From contig NC_068983.1 in assembly GCF_001194135.2 (NCBI RefSeq), positions 85,640,316-85,704,315 on the forward strand: a DNA stretch of 64,000 nt, given 5' to 3'. The notes below the pieces were generated by a model. The model saw nothing but the letters and a program-made list of their open reading frames with translations, had not been told where the DNA came from and did not search any database. Both the position numbers and the translations under genes were made by a program. The DNA comes from Octopus bimaculoides (taxonomy: Eukaryota). This document shows, piece by piece, positions 12,701 to 25,783 of this stretch; the stretch's first letter is position 1; each line of letters starts with the position of its first letter.

Positions 12701-13404
12701 TTTGATCCCAGCAAGGCGAATTAGCGATACAGTTTCAATTCTTGGTTGAAGCTAATTTACTTTAATTCTTTTTGTTTTACTCCCATACAACGGCAGCAAT
12801 GCTCTGCGGAGAAACACATGGAGGGTTTTTAATTAAAATAAAACTATAATTTCTTTCGACTTAGTATGGATGCAGTTTTGTAGATGAAGACTATATAGAA
12901 GAATGAATCGATTCCGATTATCCAAGCAAGATGGTTTGGGTTATTTTATTTTTATTCGGTGTTTTTGATATATTTTTTTTCCTGTGATTTACACCAATAT
13001 TTTATTTTTGTTAGAACTTATACGCATGAATGTAAAAGAATGTGTGTGTGAGTGAGAGAGAGAGAGAGAGCAGAATGAGATAATGTGATGTTCATGCCAT
13101 TTTATTAGGTATTGAATTTATATGCAGCATGAAGAAAGTGGTTCCAACTGAGCGAAACCAGGTCGTAGACTGCTGTTGCTATTATTAGAAATTGTAATAC
13201 GGAAACTGTTATTATGCATAAAGAAGCCATTGTTACTACGTTGGGGGAAGCGATGGAGTAGTGTACAAAGAGAAACAAGTGTGAATGCATTGCAAGTAGA
13301 TATATTTAGCTCGGTACCTCGCAATTTCGGGTTTCAATCCTGTCTGAGCAATTTGCAATAATAGCACTTGCTCTCTATCTCTCACTCTCACACACAAACA
13401 CACA

Positions 13405-13570
13405 CAGTAGCATAGCTAACGGGGGCGGGGCGCCCCGGGCGACGGTTTTTCCTTTGGTGGGTGAGGGGCAATCTGGGCTTTGCTATATAAGCCTATAGAG
13501 GTTCAAGTCCTAGGTGGGGACGCAAACTCAAGGGCTTCACCAAGCGACACCTTCTCTAGCTATACCACGG
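13405..13570. mobile_element. Small non-autonomous DNA transposon (CAGTAGCATAGCTA...TAGCTATACCACGG termini)
   Basis: Imperfect 14-bp terminal inverted repeats resembling the widespread CAGTGGCGTAGCTA-type MITE ends, with a GC-rich subterminal block. Confidence 0.5.
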
Positions 13571-15312
13571 ACACGCACACACTGACAAAGTAAAATCACT
13601 AGAGGAGGGGGGGGCAGTAAGGCGAATAGCTACTTGCATTATTTCAGTATATCACAATATATCATTAAGTAAATCGGACCGATGGTAAAATTAAATCATG
13701 CCAAATGGGAAATTAAATACCTCAAAGCATATATGCCACCTTCTTCATATCAATATTGACCAAAGGCACAAGGACAAAATTCTTAGGACTCGATTAAATT
13801 GAGCCAGTGCTTAACTGGTATTTTTATTCTGAAATTGCCTCAAGGTACATAGTTACGTTATGCATTCAAATCCTGCCGGGGTCGACTAACTTCGCATCCT
13901 TCAGAGTTTGATAAAAATAAAGTACCAGTCAAATATTGGAATCGAATACACCAACTGTACCATTCCTCCAAATTTGAAGCCTTGAACCTATGTTAAAAAT
14001 CAATTTTGCTAATAACGATGTTCGCTTGTGCTTCATTGACACAAGCATCTAAATTCGAATCGATGCCAAAACATGCCAGATAATTATTTATTTTACCAAC
14101 TCCGAGTGAGATCTGAGTTCGAAACCTAACATTGCAAGAAATTTGGTTCGGCGCCCTGCCACTCCCGTGCTTTTCAATTATAATGATTCTTTCCAAGAGC
14201 AAAATTATGCCTGATTTTCAAAGACAGTAAACCAGGAAATTGAGACCTTCGTGCTTATTATTATCATTTTTTTTTCGAAGACATGAAAGATATAAGTAAA
14301 AAAAAAAAAAGAAAAAAATGTCACAAGATGAAATCGAAATCATGCTGCAAAATGGGCTACTACCACCACCGTCACTAACGCGTTGTTTAATTTTGTCCAA
14401 AGTTAACGTTTATAAACTGAGCCTGGTGTAAGTCTAGTAAACAGAATCGCCAAAAAAATCAAAGACACCTCCAATAGAATTTTAGCCAGAAATTGTGAGG
14501 CACAATTCTCGATAGAAGCGTCAATGAAGGAATGATTTGGTCAAAGCCAAAATTTTGGTGTGGGGGAGTTGAGAGAATAGTCAATTATATCTCCTCCAGT
14601 ACTTTTGCTTGTCGGCCGGAGTGAAATCCAAAAGAATTTGAATGAGTCATCGAAGAATCACAACACAAATCTAATGCTTTGTGTTGTTTATTCCAGAGTC
14701 GGCCCTGAGCAAGTAGGCTCATAAGCGAAGACATTCCGACCGTAAGCAGTCTTCTTTTACTTCTATTGAGACTATCTAGGGGACGACATAAACCAATATA
14801 TCCTTGTAGTGTGCGATGAGTGGTATTTGGCGGTTATCTCGCACGCGTAACTTGAACCCCGGGGAGGTTTCATCGTTGGCCGCAGTAAATAATGTATCCT
14901 TCTGTCTCACTCGCCTCTTGGCATCCTAAGAGCGTCCAGCCACCTTTTTCTGGTATTAACCACCATGCTCACTCCTTCATTCTCAGAACATTGGCCCTCA
15001 TGAATCTCCCTGCACATCCCCCCCCCCCGCTGCAAGTGTTGACCTACAACGGTTGAAACGGAACATTAATAGCACCGAGCTTAACTAGTCTCAGAGGAAC
15101 TGCAAGAGTTATGGGCTGTCCCTTCCTCCAGACTCAGTCAAAAGTTAAAGTCTGAAATAACAAACCTAATTTCAAGTCACCAGAGCTCAGCTGTGAGACG
15201 AAAAGGGACCTCGTTAAATTTCTTAGAACCACTTTAAGTATTTCAAATTTTCTATACTTGACACATTGAGAAATAATGAAAAGTAAAACAAAACTAATAA
15301 TTTTCTTTTTAA

Positions 15313-15680
15313 AGCGTGGGCTGTGTGGTAAGAAGTTTGCTTCCCAGCCACATGGTTTCAGGTTCAGTCCAACTGCGTGGCACCTTAGGCAAGTGTTTCC
15401 CCGAGTTGACCAAAGCCTTGTGAATGGATTTGGTAGATGAAACTGAAGAAACCTGCCGTGTGTGTGTGTGTGCTTGTATTTATTCCCCACCACCGCTTGA
15501 CAACCGTTGGTGGCTTGCTTTCGTCCCCGTAACTTAATGGTTCGGTACAAAGAGACCGATAAAATAAGTACCAGACTTTTAAAAATAAGTAAATACTGAG
15601 GTCGATTTGTGCGACTAAACCCTTTGAGGTGGTGCCCCAGCATGGCTGCAGTCAAATGAGTGAAACAAATAGATAAAAGG
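15313..15680 (+). mobile_element. SINE family A, full-length
   Basis: Collinear with 18684-19056. Confidence 0.85.
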
Positions 15681-16068
15681 TTTCTTTTTTATCATTGGCA
15701 CAGAGGGCACAAATGTTTAGAAAAAATTAGACAGCCGGTCAAAATGAAGAGGACTCGTAAAGTACTATTCTTACATATAGGGACACCTAAAAGGGAAAAA
15801 AGTCAGAAAAGACCAACGAGATTTGAACTCGGAAATAAACTTCCTTATTGTTGCCGAGGCTATGTAACATCGGCGCCATTGCTTTGTTACAAAAAAGGAG
15901 AGTGAATATTAACAACAATAATAACCATAATAAATAAAACAACAAATTAGCAGCAGTAATCGTTGATCAATCTATGGCAAGGTCACCCATCCAGCAATAG
16001 CAACTTCTTTGTTTAAAGCTCCGTAGTAATACGAAAGAGAAAGAAAAAATATCTGTCCTGTTTATCAG

Positions 16069-16108
16069 CCTGCTGTGGGCATGCGAAAGACGGGAATTGG
16101 GGTAGGGA
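16069..16108 (+). other. Candidate 40-nt exon on the + strand
   Basis: Acceptor ATCTGTCCTGTTTATCAG, donor GGA|GTAAGT; two frames open (PAVGMRKTGIGVG or CCGHAKDGNWGR). Supported by splice signals only. Confidence 0.25.
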
Positions 16109-16201
16109 GTAAGTGGAAAGATATTTCTTTTTTATGTACACGCTCACACAAGTGCGTGTGTATGTATGTTGATATAAATACATGGACACAAACACGCACA
16201 T

Positions 16202-16250
<49 letters not shown>

Positions 16251-16421
16251 GTGCACGCGCGCGCAACTGTATATACGTGTATGTGTGTAGATTATATTTG
16301 TGAGTGTATATAAGCATATGAATACATATTTGTGTGCATGTATGTATGTATGTGTGTGTGTGTATGTATATATATATGTGTGTGTGTGTATGTATATGTG
16401 TGTGTGTGTGTATGTGTGTGT

Positions 16422-16469
<48 letters not shown>

Positions 16470-16796
16470 NNNNNNNNNNNNNNNNNNNNNNNNNNNNNNN
16501 NNNNNNNNNNNNNNNNNNNNNNNNNNNNNNNNNNNNNNNNNNNNNNNNNNNNNNNNNNNNNNNNNNNNNNNNNNNNNNNNNNNNNNNNNNNNNNNNNNNN
16601 NNNNNNNNNNNNNNNNNNNNNNNNNNNNNNNNNNNNNNNNNNNNNNNNNNNNNNNNNNNNNNNNNNNNNNNNNNNNNNNNNNNNNNNNNNNNNNNNNNNN
16701 NNNNNNNNNNNNNNNNNNNNNNNNNNNNNNNNNNNNNNNNNNNNNNNNNNNNNNNNNNNNNNNNNNNNNNNNNNNNNNNNNNNNNNNNNNNNNNNN

Positions 16797-16844
<48 letters not shown>

Positions 16845-17254
16845 ACGCATGCATGCATGTGACCATCCTCTTTTAATATCTATGTTTTCGTGCTTGCATG
16901 GATCATACAGAACTTGATGAGGCCCATTTCTATGGACAGATACCCTACTTGTCACTAATCTTCGCCTGTTTCCAACCAAAGCAATATTTCCTATGGCCAG
17001 ACAGTTTTCACAGAAGACTGGAAATGAAGGATATATCACTTGTATGATGGTGCTGCTTGTTTACAGTCATGATGGGATATATTCTTTTATTCTTTTACTT
17101 GTTTCAGTCATTTGACTGTGGCCATGCTGGAGCACCGCCTTTAATATGACAAGTTTTTTTCAGTTTTGTCATCCAAATCCAAATCTTTAGTCAGCTCAGG
17201 GCTATAGTAGAAGACACATAACCCAAGAGTGTTTACCTTGACAGAAGATGAGCT

Positions 17255-17640
17255 CGAAGTCCAACAGGCCAAAACCCCATATCCCAGATTCTTCATTGAC
17301 ACTATCCTACCTGCACTCTTATCGCAAGTTAGACAAAGAGGGAAGATCATTGATTTGCTACAATACAGAAGACCATGGAAAGATCCACGCTAGGAATATC
17401 ATTGCAAGAGCATATCTGAAATGGGGTAGTTCAAGAACTGAGCAGAGTGGATGATGTGATTACAGAATACCAAAAAAACAAGATTTGCTGAACCAGGATT
17501 GTTGCAAGGTTCACAGATAACAGGTGCATCCATGCAGTTGCCATGTGGTATCCAAGAGGAAAAAGTCCATTCAGTAAGCCTCCATGATGATGAGCAGATG
17601 ATTTAGCTAAATGATTTGGGCCAAGATGGAAAAGGACGCA
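17255..17640 (+). mobile_element. RTE LINE 3' fragment, degenerate
   Basis: Frameshifted translation (...DKEGRSL...ARNIIARAYLKW...) follows the RTE post-RT region (TWTLTK...WAGHV...RPxGRP). Confidence 0.6.
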
Positions 17641-17967
17641 ATCATAAGTATTGTTTAATCTAAGACTTTGATAGCCTGATCAATATAGGCGATACATATG
17701 ATATATCTATATGTGTATATCTGTATCATTATTATTATTTCTAACCTTGTATGAGTCATATAGAATATGCTGAAGTTAGGGTTTCTACAACCAGATGCCC
17801 TTCCAGTACTAACATTTGTTTCTTACCAAGCAAAGTGATATTTTCCACCAGCCAGAAATGTTTACATGAAGGACGGGGAAACACTGATTGTATCATGACA
17901 CTCGTGTACAGCTGCATGTGATGTCAAGACAAAAAGACATGAACACATACACATATGTACATACATA

Positions 17968-18184
17968 CAAGGGTGTGTCGAAAAGTTCCTGGCTTTGGGA
18001 AAAAGAAAATACAGGAGGGTCAGTTAATTATGATTTTTATCAACATATTCTTCTCTCAGATTCACACACTTATTGCAGTGGTCCTTCAGTTTCCCTAAGC
18101 CCTGTAAAAGAACTCAGAAGGTTGGGCCTCCACCCAAGCCTTTCACAATAGCCTTAAAGCCAGGAACTTTTCAGTATATCCTTA
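17968..18184. mobile_element. Mariner-type MITE, 217 bp
   Basis: TIRs CAAGGGTGTGTCGAAAAGTTCCTGGCTTT / AAAGCCAGGAACTTTTCAGTATATCCTTA, TA on both sides. Confidence 0.75.
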
Positions 18185-18683
18185 TACATATATGCATACA
18201 TGATAGGCTCTTTCAGTTTCTCTACCAAATCCATACTTGCCGAAGGTACCATACAGTGGAACTGAACCCAAAACCATGTGGTTGGAAAATGAGCTTTTTG
18301 ACCACACAGCTATGCATCCATATATATATATGTACATGCATATTCAAACATAGATATATATTAGTATGTGGGTGTGTAAATATATGTAGGTGTGTGTGTG
18401 TGTGTGAGTATGTGTGCACGCGTGTCTATACAGTATGGGCTACAAGTTCACTTTGCAAGAATTAATCTATTTCAGTTCCAAAACTTCCACATTCACATCC
18501 TCAAATTAAAGTGATGATAATGTTATGTTGGTTAAACACTATGCAGAAAGGTTACAAAGGATTTTGAGAATAATTTTATAACCCATAAAATCATCATTGT
18601 CAAGTTTCAAAATTATACAATGTTAAATTCTATATTTTCTGGATGGGACTGTGGAAGTTTCAAAACATTTATGAACTAATGAG

Positions 18684-19056
18684 GCTGTGTGGTAAGTAGC
18701 TTGCTTACCAACCACATGGATCCGGGTTCAGTTCCACTGCGTGGCACCTTGGGTAAGTGTCTTCTACTATAGCCTCGGGCCGACCAAAGCCTTTTGAGTG
18801 GATTTGGTAGATGGAAACTGAAAGAAGCCCATCATATATATGTGTATATATATGTTTGTGTGTCTGTGTTTGTCCCCCCAACATCGCTTGACAACTGATG
18901 CTGGTGTGTTTGCGTCCCCCGTAACTTACCAGTTCGGCAAAAAGAGACCAATAGAATAAGTACTAGGCTTACAAAGAATAAGTCCTGGGGTCAATTTGCT
19001 CAACTAAAGGCGGTGCCCCAGCATGGCCGCAGTCAAATGACTGAAACAAGTAAAAA
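18684..19056 (+). mobile_element. SINE family A, near-consensus copy
   Basis: GGCTGTGTGGTAAG A-box head, GGTTCAGTTCC B-box, CORE-like CACCTTGGGTAAGTG, internal (TA/TG)n, tail ending GACTGAAACAAGTAAAA. Further copies: 2158-2312(-), 7225-7330(+), 17090-17225(-), 26780-26925(-), 33405-33545(-), 33615-33775(+), 37110-37230(+), 50230-50340(-), 56965-57122(+). Confidence 0.9.
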
Positions 19057-20324
19057 AGAGAAAAGAGAGGAAGAGTAATGAACTTAGANNNNNNNNNNNN
19101 NNNNNNNNNNNNNNNNNNNNNNNNNNNNNNNNNNNNNNNNNNNNNNNNNNNNNNNNNNNNNNNNNNNNNNNNNNNNNNNNNNNNNNNNNNNNNNNNNNNN
19201 NNNNNNNNNNNNNNNNNNNNNNNNNNNNNNNNNNNNNNNNNNNNNNNNNNNNNNNNNNNNNNNNNNNNNNNNNNNNNNNNNNNNNNNNNNNNNNNNNNNN
19301 NNNNNNNNNNNNNNNNNNNNNNNNNNNNNNNNNNNNNNNNNNNNNNNNNNNNNNNNNNNNNNNNNNNNNNNNNNNNNNNNNNNNNNNNNNNNNNNNNNNN
19401 NNNNNNNNNNNNNNNNNNNNNNNNNNNNNNNNNNNNNNNNNNNNNNNNNNNNNNNNNNNNNNNNNNNNNNNNNNNNNNNNNNNNNNNNNNNNNNNNNTAA
19501 TGTCTCTTTGTGACAATTTCATACAAACATGTCAAGACAGTCATATAAGCAACTCAATTTCCAATATTCTGTGACAACATTCTGGTTATGGGGAAATGCT
19601 AGCTTGCTTGGAAACAGGTGAAAGTTAGTGACAGGAATGACATCAGACTGTAGGAAATTTGCCTCAATAAACTCTGTCCTTCTGATGGAAGTATGCAGAA
19701 GTGAATGTTCAATGTGTGTCTGTGGNNNNNNNNNNGGGGGGGAGATAGACAGACAGATAGAGAGAGACAAACAGACATACATAAAATACTCAAATATGTA
19801 TACACATACAAACATGTGAACACATACATAAATATGTTACATTTATTTGTTCATTTTATGTCCTGTTTGCCAATGCTAACATGAGTTAGACAAATGCATA
19901 TCATTGCAGCACTCTTTTATAGTTAATGCTATTACTGTTGCTAACCCTACCCCAAGTTTCCAGTATGGAATTTTTAATTCCATTCATCTTAAAAAACACA
20001 GAGCAAGTTAAGGATTTGTTAAAAAAAAGACTTCAACAAACTCAGCTTGTAGCCCAAAACTTTTTCATACAAAGCACAAAATGTAAACTTTCACCCACAC
20101 ACATACAAACCATGTGTGTGTGTGTGTATACATATATACACACACATATGCATACATATGTACACACACATATGTAGTTATAAATACATAATGCAGTCAG
20201 TGTGTGCATATGTATATACATTTATTCCTTTCTCTCTCTTTATCTTAATTTTTCTATATGTGATAGTGGATTTTCATTGATGAGTTCTTGAAAATTGGTT
20301 TATTTTCCCTAAAACTATATATTT

Positions 20325-20392
<68 letters not shown>

Positions 20393-21361
20393 ATAACTTG
20401 TGATAAAGAATTAAGGTTCTTTGCTTATCAGATTAAACAATATTTATGATTTTGTTGCACAATGTTATAATGAAGAGACAGCTGGTATTTGTAACTGTTG
20501 AAATACAAACAAAATTGACCATGTGAAAAAGGTCTTCTAGTTCCATCCCAATAACTTCCAATCATAGCCCTTGTAGTCTATGGATGATCATGGCAAAACT
20601 AAGCAGGACACGAAAACAGAAACCTTCGAAATTTAAATGGTAAACCAGTCGACCTTCAATAGTATTCTAGTAAAGGAATGACAACCAACAGCAGGTTTTT
20701 CTGACATGCTTGTGACCTACTGGCCATGAGGCCTATTTCTGTGTCATTACAAAGTTTTGTAGGATCTAGATTATAATGCAGACATTAATCTATGATGCTC
20801 TAAGCTTAAGCATCAGATTGTGCAAACAGGTTCCTGCTGGTTTGAGGTTGTTCAGAATTTCAGTTGTATAATTTACAACTTGCTCCTATGATGCGTTTGT
20901 CTATTGATTTGCAGCATCATTTCCCTCTGGGTGGAATATCCAGTAGCTTTCTGTCGATCTTTCTCACAGCGACATTTATCAGTGCTGATACTGCTTTTCC
21001 ACAGAGCCGTTGGGATTATATTGTTTGTCTGATGTAATTGTTAGGCAAGACTCTGACAATCAGTTCCTGTCTTGTTACAATGATATGGTTGAATAGTAAC
21101 TGAATTTAATTGGTGAAATCCCTTTCTCAAAAACTCTATTTCCCACTTTGAGTAATTAGCTGGAGAACACACCCACAACATTATCGCCAAGCAAATGCAT
21201 TAGAATACTGGTGGTAAAGCTCAGTCATCCAATGCTGTAACCAGAAATAAGGTTTTTATGCATTGATTTTATCTCAAAGAATTATGAAGATATCAATCCA
21301 TATTCTCCTGCAAATGACAATTAGGCTTTTACACACATATACTGATAAATATACACATTAC

Positions 21362-21393
<32 letters not shown>

Positions 21394-21679
21394 TACATTT
21401 ATATACATGCATGCATGAAGAAATATAGCTTAAGATATACAGATACATACATACACACATATAACTGACTTCAAGAATTTTCTAAGCTTTCAAGCAAACA
21501 TGAAAATTCTTTTTTAAGAACATTGGTTCTCAAAGCCCATCACATAAAGCTATGAATAATACCATGTAGATATTGGATTAAAAATTTGACTTTTGCCAGC
21601 CACAAGGGCTTTTCAATCCTTTAAGTACATGTTATAATTCATAGCTTTATGTGATGTGCATCGAAACCCAACGTTCCAC

Positions 21680-22070
21680 AAAGGATATATATGTATAGAT
21701 ATACACATATACATATATATACATACATATACATACATATATATATATATATATACACACATATATACACATATCTATACATACATACCTACACACACAC
21801 ACACACACATATATATACACATACATACATACATATGTACATATAAGCATACATACATATATACATACATATATATATACATATAAATACATATGTACAT
21901 GTATATAGATACATACATACATATACATATATATATATACATACATCTATATATACATATATACATACATATATATATATATACATATATACATACATAT
22001 ATATACATATATGCATACATATACATATATACATACATATATATACACATATATATATACATATATATGA
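21680..22070. repeat. (TA/TACA)n compound microsatellite
   Basis: Low-complexity TA/CA. Similar tracts at 23100-23760, 44490-44680, 53065-53270 and 63940-64000. Confidence 0.95.
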
Positions 22071-23097
22071 TGATGATGGCTGTCCACTCATGACCGAGGA
22101 AGACAATTGCTGACCTTCAGAAACATTGTGCGCTCTAGGACTAACTTATATTTTGCAGCTCACTTAAGTTCTTCATGCTGATTACATGCTCTCTCAAAAG
22201 TGTCGATCCTCTCCTTAACCTGCTTCCTCCATCTGTGGCAATGACAGGCCTTTAATGAGGACTTGACATAGTCCTTAAATTGCAGTCTTGGTTTCTGCTG
22301 GAGTCTCCTTCTAGTCACAAGTTCTCCAGATAGCATCTGCTGAGGAATCCTGCTATCCTTCATTCTAATAAGGTGTCCAGTCCAACATGACCGGTGCTTG
22401 AGCACCATTGCCTCAATACTCAGGACCTGTGTGTCTGGAATTTTTGAGGTTCAGCCAACATTGCGAATGTGTCTGAGACATCTCTGACAAAAATGTTCAA
22501 GGACCCTTACCTGACGTTTGTACAGAGTCCAGGTCTCACATGAGTATAGGAGTGATGTCAGTACACATGCACGGTACACAGCAATATTTGTTTGCCTTGC
22601 AATGCCATGCTGGGACCAGAAACGAGACTGAAGAGACCAGAAGGAATTAGTTGCTCTCTGCAACCTGAAAGATATTTCCTCATCTAGGGAGCAGGAATGG
22701 CTGAGTGTGCTGCCCAGGTAGACAAACCTTCAGAATTGTTCCTTCAACCAAGATAGATGGTTTCACATATGGATTTCCTGGTGCAGGCTGGAACATTACA
22801 ACAGTCTTGTCCAGGCTAATGCTGAGTCAAAATGCCTTGCAAGAAGCAGAAATGCAATTTATGAGTATTTGCATGTCATCCACTGTATGAGTGACTAAGT
22901 CACAGTCATCTGCATAAAGGAGGTCACGAATAATAGACTGGAGAACCTTTGAATTGGCAGCAAATCGGCGAAGATTAAAGAGGCGGCCAGAAGATCAATA
23001 TCTGACATATATTCCAAGAGAGCTAACCTTAGCAAAAGCATGAGTAAAAGCAGCAGCAAAGTACAAAGAAAAGAGAGTTCGGGCAAGGATATCACGT
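22068..23097 (-). mobile_element. RTE (BovB-like) LINE, 5'-truncated, degenerate RT C-terminus plus 3' end
   Basis: Minus translation: ILARTLFSLYF...GRLFNLRRF...IRDLLYADDCD (RT YADD), then LLYSCETWTLY, WTGHLIRMKDSRIPQQMLSGEL and a (CAT)n tail; several stops and frameshifts. Confidence 0.9.
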
Positions 23098-23099
23098 AC

Positions 23100-23157
<58 letters not shown>

Positions 23158-23764
23158 NNNNNNNNNNNNNNNNNNNNNNNNNNNNNNNNNNNNNNNNNNN
23201 NNNNNNNNNNNNNNNNNNNNNNNNNNNNNNNNNNNNNNNNNNNNNNNNNNNNNNNNNNNNNNNNNNNNNNNNNNNNNNNNNNNNNNNNNNNNNNNNNNNN
23301 NNNNNNNNNNNCATACATATATACACATACATGCATACATACATATGCATACATACATATGCATATACATACATATACACTTATACACATATATATATAT
23401 ACATACACACACATATATACATATATGCATATATATACATATATAAACATACATGCATACATATATACATACATGTATATATATACATACATGTATATAT
23501 ATACATACATGTATATATATACATACATGTAGACATACATATATGAACATACATATATACATACATATATGAACATACATATATACATACATATATGAAC
23601 ATACATATATACATACATATATATATAAATATATGAACATACACATATACATACATATATGTATATATGAACATACACATATACATACATACATATATAA
23701 ACATACACATATATATGTACATACATATATTTACATACATATACATTTGTATACATATATATAT

Positions 23765-24200
23765 TTTCTCTCTTCGCTCCTTTGCGCCACATGGGCACAA
23801 CTCTCCTCCCCTCTTCATCTAACCTTCTCCCATCACCTCTTCCCCCACACCTACTTCCTCCCACCCATCTCTTCTCTTCACTTCTACCCACCTTCTCCTT
23901 TCCGCAGTTTCATTGTCACCCCTCCATTATAACCCATTCCATATACGCCCACCCCATCCCTTACACCAACTCCCATATACCCCCACACCTCACTTCTACC
24001 CCCATCCCCAGTCTACCCATATACCCCACCTCTACTCCTACCTTCGACCTAACCCATACCCCACCATTGCTTTCCCCACTTGCCTCTCCTACCTACCGAT
24101 GCCATCACACCACACCACACACCACCATACCATACCACACAATACCACATCACATCACACCACCAGGCACACACTAGCACTGACCACTACCCAGCCACAC
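23765..24200. repeat. C-rich low-complexity tract (G-rich on the - strand)
   Basis: Runs of CCC/CAC/CTT with almost no G on the + strand. Confidence 0.8.
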
Positions 24201-24214
24201 ATACACATACATAC

Positions 24215-24307
24215 TTGGGCAAGAAGTGTCTTCTACTATAGCTTTGAGCTGACCAAAGCCTTGTGAGTGGATTTGGTAGACGGAAACTGAAAGAAGCCTC
24301 TCATATA

Positions 24308-24395
<88 letters not shown>

Positions 24396-24600
24396 ATGTA
24401 TCTGTGTATTTGTCCCCCCAACATCGCTTGACAACTGATGCTGGTGTATTTAGGTCCTCGTAACCTAGCGGTTTGGCAAAAGAGACTGATAGAATTAGTA
24501 CTAGGCTTACAAAGAATAAGTCCTGGGGTCAATTTGATTCGACCAAAGGCAGTTCTCCAGCATGGCCACAGTCAAATGACTGAAACAAGTAAAAGAATAA
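24215..24600 (+). mobile_element. SINE family A, 5'-truncated, expanded (GT)n
   Basis: Matches family A from CTTGGGCAAGAAGTG to the tail. Confidence 0.85.
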
Positions 24601-25783
24601 AAGAATACACACATATATATATATATATATATATGTACATATACACATATGTACACATACACATATATGTACATACACACACACACACATATATATATAT
24701 ACACATATATACATATACACATATATATATACACATACATATACACATACAAAAGCAAAGACTGGTGGCCTCACACATAGAGTTTGCTTCTCACAGTCAA
24801 AAGGCAGTGGATTCAATTCCTAAGAAAATAGTGCATGTTTCCTTCGGCAAGATATTTCATGTTACTCTATCATCATTAGCTGAATGTGAGTACCAACTCA
24901 ACTGCTGGTGTATCCTCATCTCCTCATACTGTCATTTCCTCAGTAATCCATTGGGTAAATAGTGGAAAGGCACAGCACAAGGTATTAAGCAATACTCACT
25001 TGAGATTGATGGTTAACCTTTTACATGCATATAGATTTGCACACACATACATGTATACACACACACACACACAGGCTCCAATCTGATCTGGCAAGGTTTG
25101 TATAGCTGGATACCCTCCGCAATGCCAACCACTTCAAGCGTGTAGTGGATGCTTTTTACAGGCCACCAGTATGAGGGCCAGTAAGGTGATACTGGCATCG
25201 ACCACGCTTGAATGGTGCATTTTACATGCCACCGGCATAGGTTCCAGTCAGGCAGTACTGGCATCAGCTACGCCAGTCCTCAGTCAAACTGTCCAACCCA
25301 CACCAGTATGGAAAGCAGACGTTAAACGATGATGATACACACACACACACACACACACTGGCACTGTGTCCATTAAGACGACAAGGGTTCCAGTTGACCT
25401 GATCAACAGAACAGCCTGCTCAGAAAATTAACATGCAAGTGGCTGAGTGTTCCACAGACGCGCATACCTTTAACATAGTTCCCTGAGACGTTTACCATGA
25501 CACATGAAATAAAGCACCTTGTTCAAGGACACAAAATACTACCAGGGATCAAACTCACACCCTTACAATCCTGAGCTGAATACCCTAACTGCTAAGCCAT
25601 GCGCTTCCAACATACACACACTCAAAAGCAAGGAAGGATTAGATAATCCAGACACTCACCATACTCTCACATGATTAGCAATGATCTCAAGTTGTATAAA
25701 GAAGAATTTCGCTTGCAGAAACACAGGTTTCAAATAGAAAGAAAATTGGTAAGATTTACTTCTGTCATAAACAATGCGTAATA

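Larger units (their letters stand above)
9000..16100. promoter_or_regulatory. CpG-retaining domain (putative unmethylated promoter/regulatory region)
   Basis: By eye CG dinucleotides are far more frequent than in flanks; GC-box GGAGGCGGGG near 11844; the SINE copy at 15313 retains CpGs. Not quantified. Confidence 0.5.

Noticed and set aside
16065-17039. ORFs rich in HT/CV/YI repeats, also at 21647-22106, 22995-23891, 24174-24962, 44345-44817 and 53063-53287
   Set aside because: Microsatellite and N-gap artefacts.
19926-20177. ORF resembling a signal peptide plus KKR site (MLLLLLTLPQVSS...KKR)
   Set aside because: Short hydrophobic core, runs into a microsatellite, no neuropeptide motif; chance is likely.
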